A DNA stretch of 64,000 bases from Eledone cirrhosa (Eukaryota): contig OZ024744.1 of NCBI GenBank assembly GCA_964016885.1, positions 121,520,001-121,584,000 on the forward strand, given 5' to 3'. Made by a program: the position numbers and the translations under genes. The notes under the pieces were generated by a model. The model saw nothing but the letters and a program-made list of their open reading frames with translations. It was not told the origin of the DNA and made no database searches. Shown piece by piece: positions 12,401 through 27,599 of the stretch (positions are counted from its first letter, which is position 1; each line of letters opens with the position of its first letter).

Positions 12401-15400
12401 TGGGAGAGGAGCCTGTCTTGCTATAGACATGGGATGTGTATGGATGAACTGAGAGAGAAACTAGGTATAAGAGGAAGCAGATATAGGAGAGGAGACTGTG
12501 TTGGTATAGACATGGGATGTGTATGGATAAACTCAGAGAGAAACTAGGTATAAGAGGAATCAGATGAAGGAGAGGAGACTGTGTTGGTATAGACATGTGA
12601 TGTGTATGGATGAACTAAGAGAGAAACTCGGTATAAGAGGAATCAGATGTAGGAGAGGAGACTGTGTTGGTATAGACATGTGATGTGTATGGATGAACTG
12701 AGAGAGAAACTAGGTATAAGAGGAATCAGATGTAGGAGAGGAGACTGTGTTGGTATAGACATGGGATGTGTATGGATGAACTGAGAGAGAAACTAGGTAT
12801 AAGAGGAATCAGATGTAGGAGAGGAGACTGTGTTGGTATAGACATGTGATGTGTATGGATGAACTGAGAGAGAAACTAGGTATAAGAGGAATCAGATGAA
12901 GGAGAGGAGACTGTGTTGGTATAGACATGTGATGTGTATGGATGAACTGAGAGAGAAACTCGGTATAAGAGGAATCAGATGTAGGAGAGGAGACTGTGTT
13001 GGTATAGACATGGGATGTGTATGGATGAACTGAGATAGAAACTAGGTATAAGAGGAATCAGATGTAGGAGAGGAGACTGTGTTGGTATAGACGTGTGATG
13101 TGTATGGATGAACTGAGAGAGAAACTAGGTATAAGAGGGATCAGATGTAGTGTGTATGAGAGGAGACTGTGTTGGTATAGACATGTGATGTGTATGGATG
13201 AACTGAGAGAGAAACTAGGTATGAGAGGAATCAGATGTAGTGTGTAGGAGAAGAGACTGTGTTGTGATAGACATGTGATGTGTATGGATGAACTGAGAGA
13301 GAAACTAGGTATCAAAGGAATCAGATGTAGTGTGTAGGAGAGGAGACTGTGTTGGTATAGACATGAGATGTGTGTGGATGAACTGAGGGAGAAATTGGGA
13401 ATAAGAGGAATCAGATGTAGTGTGTAGGAGAGGAGACTGTGTTGGTATAGACATGTGATGTGTATGGATGAAGTGAGAGAGAATCTAGGTATAAGAGGAA
13501 TCAGACTGAGAGAGAAACTAGGTATCAGAGGAATCAGATATAGTGTGTAGGAGAGAAACAAGATGTAGTGTGTAGTAGAGTTTACTGTGTTGGTATAGAC
13601 ATGTGATGTGTATGAATGAACTGAGAGAGAAACTAGGTATAAGAGGTATCAGATGTAGTGTGTAGGAGAGGTGACTGTGTTGGTATAGACATGTAATGTG
13701 TATGGATGAACTGAGAGAGAACCTAGGTATAAGAGGAATCAGATGTAGGAGAGGAGACTGTGTTGGTGTAGACATGTGATGTGTATGGATGAACTGAGAG
13801 AGAAACCGGCTATAAGAGGAATCAGATGTAGTATGTGGGAGAGGAGCCTGTCTTGCTATAGACATGTGATGTGTATGGATGAACTGAGAGAGAAACTAGG
13901 TATAAGAGGAATCAGATATAGGAGAGGAGACTGTGTTGGTATAGACATGGGATGTGTATGGATAAACTGAGAGAGAAACTAGGTATAAGAGGAATCAGAT
14001 GAAGGAGAGGAGACTGTGTTAGTATAGACATGTGATGTGTATGGATGAACTGAGAGAGAAACTAGGTATAAGAGGAATCAGATGTAGTGTGTAGGAGAGG
14101 AGACTGTGTTGGTATAGACATGTGATGTGTATGGATGAAGTGAGAGATAAACTAGGTATAAGAGGAATCAGATGTAGGAGAGGAGACTGTGTTAGTATAG
14201 ACATGTGATGTGTATGGATGAACTGAGAGAGAAACTAGGTATAAGAGGAATCAGATGTAGTGTGTAGGAGAGGAGACTGTGTTGGTATAGACATGTGATG
14301 TGTATGGATGAAGTGAGAGATAAACTAGGTATAAGAGGAATCAGACGTAGTGTGTAGGAGAGGAGACTGTGTTGGTATAGATATGTGATGTGTATGGATG
14401 AACTGAGAGAAAAACCGGCTATAAGAGGAATCAGATGTAGTGTGTAGGAGAGGAGACTGTGTTGGTATAGACATGTGATGTTTATGGATGAACTGAGAGA
14501 GAAACTGGGTATAAGAGGAATCAGATGTAGTGTGTAGGAGAGGAGACTGTGTTGGTATAGACATGGGATGTGTATGGATAAACTGAGAGAGAAACTAGGC
14601 ATAAGAGGAATCAGATGTAGGAGAGGAGACTGTGTTGGTATAGACATGTGATGTGTATGGATGAACTGAGAGAGAAACTAGGTATAAGAGGAATCAGATG
14701 TAGGAGAGGAGACTGTGTTGGTATAGACATGGGATGTGTATGGATGAACTGAGAGAGAAACTAGGTATAAGAGGAATCAGATGTAGGAGAGGAGACTGTG
14801 TTGGTATAGACATGTGATGTGTATGGATGAACTGAGAGAGAAACTAGGTACAAGAGGAATCAGATGTAGTGTGTAGGAGAGGAGACTGTGTTGGTATAGA
14901 CATGTGATGTGTATGGATGAAGTGAGACATAAACTAGGTATAAGAGGAATCAGACGTAGTGTGTAGGAGAGGAGACTGTGTTGGTATAGATATGTGATGT
15001 GTATGGATGAACTGAGAGAAAAACCGGCTATAAGAGGAATCAGATGTAGTGTGTAGGACAGGAGACTGTGTTGGTATAGACATGTGATGTTTATGGATGA
15101 ACTGAGAGAGAAACTGGGTATAAGAGGAATCAGATGTAGTGTGTAGGAGAGGAGACTGTGTTGGTGTAGACATGTAATGTGTATGGATGAACTGAGGGAG
15201 AAACTGGGTATAAGAGGAATCAGATGTAATGTGTAGGAGAGGAGACTGTGTTGGTATAGACATGTGATGTGTATGCATGAACTGAGAGAGAAACTAGGTA
15301 TAAGAGGGATCAGATGTAGTGTGTATGAGAGGAGACTGTGTTGGTATAGACATGTGATGTGTATGGATGAACTGAGAGAGAAACTAGGTATGAGAGGAAT

Positions 15401-17779
15401 CAGATGTAGTGTGTAGGAGAAGAGACTGTGTTGTGATAGACATGTGATGTGTATGGATGAACTGAGAGAGAAACTAGGTATCAAAGGAATCAGATGTAGT
15501 GTGTAGGAGAGGAGACTGTGTTGGTATAGACATGTGATGTGTGTGGATGAACTGAGGGAGAAATTGGGAATAAGAGGAATCAGATGTAGTGTGTAGGAGA
15601 GGAGACTGTGTTGGTATAGACATGTGATGTGTATGGATGAAGTGAGAGAGAATCTAGGTATAAGAGGAATCAGACTGAGAGAGAAACTAGGTATCAGAGG
15701 AATCAGATATAGTGTGTAGGAGAGAAACAAGATGTAGTGTGTAGTAGAGTTTACTGTGTTGGTATAGACATGTGATGTGTATGAATGAACTGAGAGAGAA
15801 ACTAGTTATAAGAGGTATCAGATGTAGTGTGTAGGAGAGGTGACTGTGTTGGTATAGACATGTAATGTGTATGGATGAACTGAGAGAGAACCTAGGTATA
15901 AGAGGAATCAGATGTAGGAGAGGAGACTGTGTTGGTGTAGACATGTGATGTGTATGGATGAACTGAGAGAGAAACCGGCTATAAGAGGAATCAGATGTAG
16001 TATGTGGGAGAGGAGCCTGTCTTGCTATAGACATGTGATGTGTATGGATGAACTGAGAGAGAAACTAGGTATAAGAGGAATCAGATATAGGAGAGGAGAC
16101 TGTGTTGGTATAGACATGGGATGTGTATGGATAAACTCAGAGAGAAACTAGGTATAAGAGGAATCAGATGAAGGAGAGGAGACTGTGTTGGTATAGACAT
16201 GTGATGTGTATGGATGAACTAAGAGAGAAACTCGGTATAAGAGGAATCAGATGTAGGAGAGGAGACTGTGTTGGTATAGACATGTGATGTGTATGGATGA
16301 ACTGAGAGAGAAACTAGGTATAAGAGGAATCAGATGTAGGAGAGGAGACTGTGTTGGTATAGACATGGGATGTGTATGGATGAACTGAGAGAGAAACTAG
16401 GTATAAGAGGAATCAGATGTAGGAGAGGAGACTGTGTTGGTATAGACATGTGATGTGTATGGATGAACTGAGAGAGAAACTAGGTATAAGAGGAATCAGA
16501 TGAAGGAGAGGAGACTGTGTTGGTATAGACATGTGATGTGTATGGATGAACTGAGAGAGAAACTCGGTATAAGAGGAATCAGATGTAGGAGAGGAGACTG
16601 TGTTGGTATAGACATGGGATGTGTATGGATGAACTGAGATAGAAACTAGGTATAAGAGGAATCAGATGTAGGAGAGGAGACTGTGTTGGTATAGACGTGT
16701 GATGTGTATGGATGAACTGAGAGAGAAACTAGGTATAAGAGGGATCAGATGTAGTGTGTATGAGAGGAGACTGTGTTGGTATAGACATGTGATGTGTATG
16801 GATGAACTGAGAGAGAAACTAGGTATGAGAGGAATCAGATGTAGTGTGTAGGAGAAGAGACTGTGTTGTGATAGACATGTGATGTGTATGGATGAACTGA
16901 GAGAGAAACTAGGTATCAAAGGAATCAGATGTAGTGTGTAGGAGAGGAGACTGTGTTGGTATAGACATGTGATGTGTGTGGATGAACTGAGGGAGAAATT
17001 GGGAATAAGAGGAATCAGATGTAGTGTGTGGGAGAGGAGACTGTGTTGGTATAGACATGTGATGTGTATGGATGAAGTGAGAGAGAATCTAGGTATAAGA
17101 GGAATCAGACTGAGAGAGAAACTAGGTATCAGAGGAATCAGATATAGTGTGTAGGAGAGAAACAAGATGTAGTGTGTAGTAGAGTTTACTGTGTTGGTAT
17201 AGACATGTGATGTGTATGAATGAACTGAGAGAGAAACTAGGTATAAGAGGTATCAGATGTAGTGTGTAGGAGAGGTGACTGTGTTGGTATAGACATGTAA
17301 TGTGTATGGATGAACTGAGAGAGAACCTAGGTATAAGAGGAATCAGATGTAGGAGAGGAGACTGTGTTGGTGTAGACATGTGATGTGTATGGATGAACTG
17401 AGAGAGAAACCGGCTATAAGAGGAATCAGATGTAGTATGTGGGAGAGGAGCCTGTCTTGCTATAGACATGTGATGTGTATGGATGAACTGAGAGAGAAAC
17501 TAGGTATAAGAGGAATCAGATATAGGAGAGGAGACTGTGTTGGTATAGACATGGGATGTGTATGGATAAACTGAGAGAGAAACTAGGTATAAGAGGAATC
17601 AGATGAAGGAGAGGAGACTGTGTTAGTATAGACATGTGATGTGTATGGATGAACTGAGAGAGAAACTAGGTATAAGAGGAATCAGATGTAGTGTGTAGGA
17701 GAGGAGACTGTGTTGGTATAGACATGTGATGTGTATGGATGAAGTGAGAGATAAACTAGGTATAAGAGGAATCAGATGT

Positions 17780-20700
17780 AGGAGAGGAGACTGTGTTAGT
17801 ATAGACATGTGATGTGTATGGATGAACTGAGAGAGAAACTAGGTATAAGAGGAATCAGATGTAGTGTGTAGGAGAGGAGACTGTGTTGGTATAGACATGT
17901 GATGTGTATGGATGAAGTGAGAGATAAACTAGGTATAAGAGGAATCAGACGTAGTGTGTAGGAGAGGAGACTGTGTTGGTATAGATATGTGATGTGTATG
18001 GATGAACTGAGAGAGAAACTGGGTATAAGAGGAATCAGATGTAGTGTGTAGGAGAGGAGACTGTGTTGGTATAGACATGGGATGTGTATGGATAAACTGA
18101 GAGAGAAACTAGGCATAAGAGGAATCAGATGTAGGAGAGGAGACTGTGTTGGTATAGACATGTGATGTGTATGGATGAACTGAGAGAGAAACTAGGTATA
18201 AGAGGAATCAGATGTAGGAGAGGAGACTGTGTTGGTATAGACATGGGATGTGTATGGATGAACTGAGAGAGAAACTAGGTATAAGAGGAATCAGATGTAG
18301 GAGAGGAGACTGTGTTGGTATAGACATGTGATGTGTATGGATGAACTGAGAGAGAAACTAGGTACAAGAGGAATCAGATGTAGTGTGTAGGAGAGGAGAC
18401 TGTGTTGGTATAGACATGTGATGTGTATGGATGAAGTGAGACATAAACTAGGTATAAGAGGAATCAGACGTAGTGTGTAGGAGAGGAGACTGTGTTGGTA
18501 TAGATATGTGATGTGTATGGATGAACTGAGAGAAAAACCGGCTATAAGAGGAATCAGATGTAGTGTGTAGGACAGGAGACTGTGTTGGTATAGACATGTG
18601 ATGTTTATGGATGAACTGAGAGAGAAACTGGGTATAAGAGGAATCAGATGTAGTGTGTAGGAGAGGAGACTGTGTTGGTGTAGACATGTAATGTGTATGG
18701 ATGAACTGAGGGAGAAACTGGGTATAAGAGGAATCAGATGTAATGTGTAGGAGAGGAGACTGTGTTGGTATAGACATGTGATGTGTATGTATGAACTTAG
18801 AGAGAAACTAGGTATAAGAGGAATCAGATGTAGTGTGTAGGAGAAAAGACTGTGTTGGTGTAGACATGTGATGTGTATGGATGAACTGAGAGAGATACTA
18901 GGTATAAGAGGAATCAGATGTAGTGTGTAGGAGAGGAGACTGTGTTGGTGTAGACATGTGATGTGTATGGATGAACTGAGAGAGAAACTAGGTATAAGAG
19001 GAATCAGATGTAGTGTGTAGGAGAGGAGAGTGTGTTGGTATATACATGTGATGTGTATGGATGAACAGAGAGGGAAACTCGGTATAAGAGGAATCAGATG
19101 TAGTGAGTAGGAGAGGAGAGAGTGTTGGTATAGACATGTGATGTGAATGGATGAACTGAGAGAGAAACTAGGTATAAGAGGAATCAGATGAAGGAGAGGA
19201 GACTGTGTTGGTATAGACATGTGATGTGTATGGATGAACTGAGTGAGAAATTGGGAATAAAAGACATCAGATGTAATGTGTAGGAGAGGAGACTGTGTTG
19301 GTATAGACATGTGATGTGTATGGATGAACTGAGAGAGAAACTAGGTATAAGAGGAATCAGATGTAGGAGAGGAGACGGTGTTGGTATAGACATGGGATGT
19401 GTATGGATGAACTGAGAGAGAAACTAGGTATAAGAGGAATCAGATGTAGGAGAGGAGACTGTGTTGGTATAGACATGTGATGTGTATGGATGAACTGAGA
19501 GAGAAACTAGGTACAAGAGGAATCAGATGTAGTGTGTAGGAGAGGAGACTGTGTTGGTATAGACATGTGATGTGTATGGATGAAGTGAGAGATAAACTAG
19601 GTATAAGAGGAATCAGACGTAGTGTGTAGGAGAGGAGACTGTGTTGGTATAGACATGTGATGTTTATGGATGAACTGAGAGAGAAACCGGGTATAAGAGG
19701 AATCAGATGTAGTGTGTAGGAGAGGAGACTGTGTTGGTGTAGACATGTAATGTGTATGGATGAACTGAGGGAGAAACTGGGTATAAGAGGAATCAGATGT
19801 AATGTGTAGGAGAGGAGACTGTGTTGGTATAGACATGTGATGTGTATGCATGAACTTAGAGAGAAACTAGGTATAAGAGGAATCAGATGTAGTGTGTAGG
19901 AGAGGAGACTGTGTTGGTGTAGACATGTGATGTGTATGGATGAACTGAGAGAGAAACTAGGTATAAGAGGAATCAGATGTAGTGTGTAGGAGAGGAGAGT
20001 GTGTTGGTATATACATGTGATGTGTGTGGATGAACAGAGAGGGAAACTCGGTATAAGAGGAATCAGATGTAGTGTGTAGGAGAGGAGAGAGTGTTGGTAT
20101 AGACATGTGATGTGAATGGATGAACTGAGAGAGAAACTAGGTATAAGAGGAATCAGATGAAGGAGAGGAGACTGTGTTGGTATAGACATGTGATGTGTAT
20201 GGATGAACTGAGGGAGAAATTGGGAATAAAAGACATCAGATGTAATGTGTAGGAGAGGAGACTGTGTTGGTATAGACATGTGATGTGTATGGATGAACTG
20301 AGAGAGAAATTGGGAATAAAAGGAATCAGATGAAGGAGAGGAGACTGTGTTGGTATAGACATGTGATGTGTATGGATGAACAGAGAGGGAAACTCGGTAT
20401 AAGAGGAATCAGATGTAGTGTGTAGGAGAGGAGAGAGTGTTGGTATAGACATGTGATGTGAATGGATGAACTGAGAGAGAAACTAGGTATAAGAGGAATC
20501 AGATGAAGGAGAGGAGACTGTGTTGGTATAGACATGTGATGTGTATGGATGAACTGAGAGAGAAATTGGGAATAAAAGGAATCAGATGAAGGAGAGGAGA
20601 CTGTGTTGGTATAGACATGTGATGTGTATGGATGAACTGAGAGAGAAACTAGACATAAGAGGAATCAGATGTAGGAGAGGAGACTGTGTTGGTATAGACA

Positions 20701-23700
20701 TGTGATGTGTATGGATGAACTGAGAGAGAAACTAGGTATAAGAGGAATCAGATGTAGGAGAGGAGACTGTGTTGGTATAGACATGGGATGTGTATGGATG
20801 AACTGAGAGAGAAACTAGGTATAAGAGGAATCAGATGTAGGAGAGGAGACTGTGTTGGTATAGACATGTGATGTGTATGGATGAACTAAGAGAGAAACTA
20901 GGTATAAGAGGAATCAGATGTAGTGTGTAGGAGAGGAGACTGTGTTGGTATAGACATGTGATGTGTATGGATGAAGTGAGAGATAAACTAGGTATAAGAG
21001 GAATCAGATGTAGGAGAGGAGACTGTGTTAGTATAGACATGTGATGTGTATGGATGAACTGAGAGAGAAACTAGGTATAAGAGGAATCAGATGTAGTGTG
21101 TAGGAGAGGAGACTGTGTTGGTATAGACATGTGATGTGTATGGATGAAGTGAGAGATAAACTAGGTATAAGAGGAATCAGACGTAGTGTGTAGGAGAGGA
21201 GACTGTGTTGGTATAGATATGTGATGTGTATGGATGAACTGAGAGAGAAACTGGGTATAAGAGGAATCAGATGTAGTGTGTAGGAGAGGAGACTGTGTTG
21301 GTATAGACATGGGATGTGTATGGATAAACTGAGAGAGAAACTAGGCATAAGAGGATTCAGATGTAGGAGAGGAGACTGTGTTGGTATAGACATGTGATGT
21401 GTATGGATGAACTGAGAGAGAAACTAGGTATAAGAGGAATCAGATGTAGGAGAGGAGACTGTGTTGGTATAGACATGGGATGTGTATGGATGAACTGAGA
21501 GAGAAACTAGGTATAAGAGGAATCAGATGTAGGAGAGGAGACTGTGTTGGTATAGACATGTGATGTGTATGGATGAACTGAGAGAGAAACTAGGTACAAG
21601 AGGAATCAGATGTAGTGTGTAGGAGAGGAGACTGTGTTGGTATAGACATGTGATGTGTATGGATGAAGTGAGACATAAACTAGGTATAAGAGGAATCAGA
21701 CGTAGTGTGTAGGAGAGGAGACTGTGTTGGTATAGATATGTGATGTGTATGGATGAACTGAGAGAAAAACCGGCTATAAGAGGAATCAGATGTAGTGTGT
21801 AGGACAGGAGACTGTGTTGGTATAGACATGTGATGTTTATGGATGAACTGAGAGAGAAACTGGGTATAAGAGGAATCAGATGTAGTGTGTAGGAGAGGAG
21901 ACTGTGTTGGTGTAGACATGTAATGTGTATGGATGAACTGAGGGAGAAACTGGGTATAAGAGGAATCAGATGTAATGTGTAGGAGAGGAGACTGTGTTGG
22001 TATAGACATGTGATGTGTATGTATGAACTTAGAGAGAAACTAGGTATAAGAGGAATCAGATGTAGTGTGTAGGAGAAAAGACTGTGTTGGTGTAGACATG
22101 TGATGTGTATGGATGAACTGAGAGAGATACTAGGTATAAGAGGAATCAGATGTAGTGTGTAGGAGAGGAGACTGTGTTGGTGTAGACATGTGATGTGTAT
22201 GGATGAACTGAGAGAGAAACTAGGTATAAGAGGAATCAGATGTAGTGTGTAGGAGAGGAGAGTGTGTTGGTATATACATGTGATGTGTATGGATGAACAG
22301 AGAGGGAAACTCGGTATAAGAGGAATCAGATGTAGTGAGTAGGAGAGGAGAGAGTGTTGGTATAGACATGTGATGTGAATGGATGAACTGAGAGAGAAAC
22401 TAGGTATAAGAGGAATCAGATGAAGGAGAGGAGACTGTGTTGGTATAGACATGTGATGTGTATGGATGAACTGAGTGAGAAATTGGGAATAAAAGACATC
22501 AGATGTAATGTGTAGGAGAGGAGACTGTGTTGGTATAGACATGTGATGTGTATGGATGAACTGAGAGAGAAACTAGGTATAAGAGGAATCAGATGTAGGA
22601 GAGGAGACGGTGTTGGTATAGACATGGGATGTGTATGGATGAACTGAGAGAGAAACTAGGTATAAGAGGAATCAGATGTAGGAGAGGAGACTGTGTTGGT
22701 ATAGACATGTGATGTGTATGGATGAACTGAGAGAGAAACTAGGTACAAGAGGAATCAGATGTAGTGTGTAGGAGAGGAGACTGTGTTGGTATAGACATGT
22801 GATGTGTATGGATGAAGTGAGAGATAAACTAGGTATAAGAGGAATCAGACGTAGTGTGTAGGAGAGGAGACTGTGTTGGTATAGATATGTGATGTGTATG
22901 GATGAACTGAGAGAAAAACCGGCTATAAGAGGAATCAGATGTAGTGTGTAGGAGAGGAGACTGTGTTGGTATAGACATGTGATGTGTATGCATGAACTTA
23001 GAGAGAAACTAGGTATAAGAGGAATCAGATGTAGTGTGTAGGAGAGGAGACTGTGTTGGTGTAGACATGTGATGTGTATGGATGAACTGAGAGAGAAACT
23101 AGGTATAAGAGGAATCAGATGTAGTGTGTAGGAGAGGAGAGTGTGTTGGTATATACATGTGATGTGTGTGGATGAACAGAGAGGGAAACTCGGTATAAGA
23201 GGAATCAGATGTAGTGTGTAGGAGAGGAGAGAGTGTTGGTATAGACATGTGATGTGAATGGATGAACTGAGAGAGAAACTAGGTATAAGAGGAATCAGAT
23301 GAAGGAGAGGAGACTGTGTTGGTATAGACATGTGATGTGTATGGATGAACTGAGGGAGAAATTGGGAATAAAAGACATCAGATGTAATGTGTAGGAGAGG
23401 AGACTGTGTTGGTATAGACATGTGATGTGTATGGATGAACTGAGAGAGAAATTGGGAATAAAAGGAATCAGATGAAGGAGAGGAGACTGTGTTGGTATAG
23501 ACATGTGATGTGTATGGATGAACTGAGAGAGAAACTAGACATAAGAGGAATCAGATGTAGGAGAGGAGACTGTGTTGGTATAGACATGTGATGTGTATGG
23601 ATGAACTGAGAGAGAAACTAGGTATAAGAGGAATCAGATGTAGGAGAGGAGACTGTGTTGGTATAGACATGGGATGTGTATGGATGAACTGAGAGAGAAA

Positions 23701-26620
23701 CTAGGTATAAGAGGAATCAGATGTAGGAGAGGAGACTGTGTTGGTATAGACATGTGATGTGTATGGATGAACTAAGAGAGAAACTAGGTATAAGAGGAAT
23801 CAGATGTAGTGTGTAGGAGAGGAGACTGTGTTGGTATAGACATGTGATGTGTATGGATGAAGTGAGAGATAAACTAGGTATAAGAGGAATCAGATGTAGG
23901 AGAGGAGACTGTGTTAGTATAGACATGTGATGTGTATGGATGAACTGAGAGAGAAACTAGGTATAAGAGGAATCAGATGTAGTGTGTAGGAGAGGAGACT
24001 GTGTTGGTATAGACATGTGATGTGTATGGATGAAGTGAGAGATAAACTAGGTATAAGAGGAATCAGACGTAGTGTGTCGGAGAGGAGACTGTGTTGGTAT
24101 AGATATGTGATGTGTATGGATGAACTGAGAGAGAAACTGGGTATAAGAGGAATCAGATGTAGTGTGTAGGAGAGGAGACTGTGTTGGTATAGACATGGGA
24201 TGTGTATGGATAAACTGAGAGAGAAACTAGGCATAAGAGGAATCAGATGTAGGAGAGGAGACTGTGTTGGTATAGACATGTGATGTGTATGGATGAACTG
24301 AGAGAGAAACTAGGTATAAGAGGAATCAGATGTAGGAGAGGAGACTGTGTTGGTATAGACATGGGATGTGTATGGATGAACTGAGAGAGAAACTAGGTAT
24401 AAGAGGAATCAGATGTAGGAGAGGAGACTGTGTTGGTATAGACATGTGATGTGTATGGATGAACTGAGAGAGAAACTAGGTACAAGAGGAATCAGATGTA
24501 GTGTGTAGGAGAGGAGACTGTGTTGGTATAGACATGTGATGTGTATGGATGAAGTGAGACATAAACTAGGTATAAGAGGAATCAGACGTAGTGTGTAGGA
24601 GAGGAGACTGTGTTGGTATAGATATGTGATGTGTATGGATGAACTGAGAGAAAAACCGGCTATAAGAGGAATCAGATGTAGTGTGTAGGACAGGAGACTG
24701 TGTTGGTATAGACATGTGATGTTTATGGATGAACTGAGAGAGAAACTGGGTATAAGAGGAATCAGATGTAGTGTGTAGGAGAGGAGACTGTGTTGGTGTA
24801 GACATGTAATGTGTATGGATGAACTGAGGGAGAAACTGGGTATAAGAGGAATCAGATGTAATGTGTAGGAGAGGAGACTGTGTTGGTATAGACATGTGAT
24901 GTGTATGTATGAACTTAGAGAGAAACTAGGTATAAGAGGAATCAGATGTAGTGTGTAGGAGAAAAGACTGTGTTGGTGTAGACATGTGATGTGTATGGAT
25001 GAACTGAGAGAGATACTAGGTATAAGAGGAATCAGATGTAGTGTGTAGGAGAGGAGACTGTGTTGGTGTAGACATGTGATGTGTATGGATGAACTGAGAG
25101 AGAAACTAGGTATAAGAGGAATCAGATGTAGTGTGTAGGAGAGGAGAGTGTGTTGGTATATACATGTGATGTGTATGGATGAACAGAGAGGGAAACTCGG
25201 TATAAGAGGAATCAGATGTAGTGAGTAGGAGAGGAGAGAGTGTTGGTATAGACATGTGATGTGAATGGATGAACTGAGAGAGAAACTAGGTATAAGAGGA
25301 ATCAGATGAAGGAGAGGAGACTGTGTTGGTATAGACATGTGATGTGTATGGATGAACTGAGTGAGAAATTGGGAATAAAAGACATCAGATGTAATGTGTA
25401 GGAGAGGAGACTGTGTTGGTATAGACATGTGATGTGTATGGATGAACTGAGAGAGAAACTAGGTATAAGAGGAATCAGATGTAGGAGAGGAGACGGTGTT
25501 GGTATAGACATGGGATGTGTATGGATGAACTGAGAGAGAAACTAGGTATAAGAGGAATCAGATGTAGGAGAGGAGACTGTGTTGGTATAGACATGTGATG
25601 TGTATGGATGAACTGAGAGAGAAACTAGGTACAAGAGGAATCAGATGTAGTGTGTAGGAGAGGAGACTGTGTTGGTATAGACATGTGATGTGTATGGATG
25701 AAGTGAGAGATAAACTAGGTATAAGAGGAATCAGACGTAGTGTGTAGGAGAGGAGACTGTGTTGGTATAGATATGTGATGTGTATGGATGAACTGAGAGA
25801 GAAACCGGGTATAAGAGGAATCAGATGTAGTGTGTAGGAGAGGAGACTGTGTTGGTGTAGACATGTAATGTGTATGGATGAACTGAGGGAGAAACTGGGT
25901 ATAAGAGGAATCAGATGTAATGTGTAGGAGAGGAGACTGTGTTGGTATAGACATGTGATGTGTATGCATGAACTTAGAGAGAAACTAGGTATAAGAGGAA
26001 TCAGATGTAGTGTGTAGGAGAGGAGACTGTGTTGGTGTAGACATGTGATGTGTATGGATGAACTGAGAGAGAAACTAGGTATAAGAGGAATCAGATGTAG
26101 TGTGTAGGAGAGGAGAGTGTGTTGGTATATACATGTGATGTGTATGGATGAACAGAGAGGGAAACTCGGTATAAGAGGAATCAGATGTAGTGTGTAGGAG
26201 AGGAGAGAGTGTTGGTATAGACATGTGATGTGAATGGATGAACTGAGAGAGAAACTAGGTATAAGAGGAATCAGATGAAGGAGAGGAGACTGTGTTGGTA
26301 TAGACATGTGATGTGTATGGATGAACTGAGGGAGAAATTGGGAATAAAAGACATCAGATGTAATGTGTAGGAGAGGAGACTGTGTTGGTATAGACATGTG
26401 ATGTGTATGGATGAACTGAGAGAGAAATTGGGAATAAAAGGAATCAGATGAAGGAGAGGAGACTGTGTTGGTATAGACATGTGATGTGTATGGATGAACA
26501 GAGAGGGAAACTCGGTATAAGAGGAATCAGATGTAGTGTGTAGGAGAGGAGAGAGTGTTGGTATAGACATGTGATGTGAATGGATGAACTGAGAGAGAAA
26601 CTAGGTATAAGAGGAATCAG
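17780..26620 (+). repeat. Approximately 3-kb higher-order repeat in three tandem copies (periods 3232 and 2886 bp)
   Basis: Identical 339-aa repeat ORFs at 18291, 21523 and 24409. Shared private variants GGACAGG, GTATGTATGAACTT, GAGAAAAGAC, TAGTGAGTAG and GAGACGGTG occur in each copy. Confidence 0.9.
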
Positions 26621-27599
26621 ATGTAGGAGAGGAGACTGTGTTGGTATAGACATGTGATGTGTATGGATGAACTGAGAGAGAAACTAGGTATAAGAGGAAT
26701 CAGATGTAGGAGAGGAGACTGTGTTGGTATAGACATGGGATGTGTATGGATGAACTGAGAGAGAAACTAGGTATAAGAGGAATCAGATGTAGGAGAGGAG
26801 ACTGTGTTGGTATAGACATGTGATGTGTATGGATGAACTGAGAGAGAAACTAGGTATAAGAGGAATCAGATGAAGGAGAGGAGACTGTGTTGGTATACAC
26901 ATGTGATGTGTATGGATGAACTGAGAGAGAAACTCGGTATAAGAGGAATCAGATGTAGGAGAGGAGACTGTGTTGGTATAGACATGGGATGTGTATGGAT
27001 GAACTGAGATAGAAACTAGGTATAAGAGGAATCAGATGTAGGAGAGGAGACTGTGTTGGTATAGACATGTGATGTGGATGGATGAACTGAGAGAGAAACT
27101 AGGTATAAGAGGGATCAGATGTAGTGTGTATGAGAGGAGACTGTGTTGGTATAGACATGTGATGTGTATGGATGAACTGAGAGAGAAACTAGGTATGATA
27201 GGAATCAGATGTAGTGTGTAGGAGAAGAGACTGTGTTGTGATAGACATGTGATGTGTATGGATGAACTGAGAGAGAAACTAGGTATCAAAGGAATCAGAT
27301 GTAGTGTGTAGGAGAGGAGACTGTGTTGGTATAGACATGTGATGTGTGTGGATGAACTGAGGGAGAAATTGGGAATAAGAGGAATCAGATGTAGTGTGTA
27401 TGAGAGGAGACTGTGTTGGTATAGACATGTGATGTGTATGGATGAACTGAGAGAGAAACTAGGTATGAGAGGAATCAGATGTAGTGTGTAGGAGAAGAGA
27501 CTGCGTTGTGATAGACATGTGATGTGTATGGATGAACTGAGAGAGAAACTAGGTATCAAAGGAATCAGATGTAGTGTGTAGGAGAGGAGACTGTGTTGG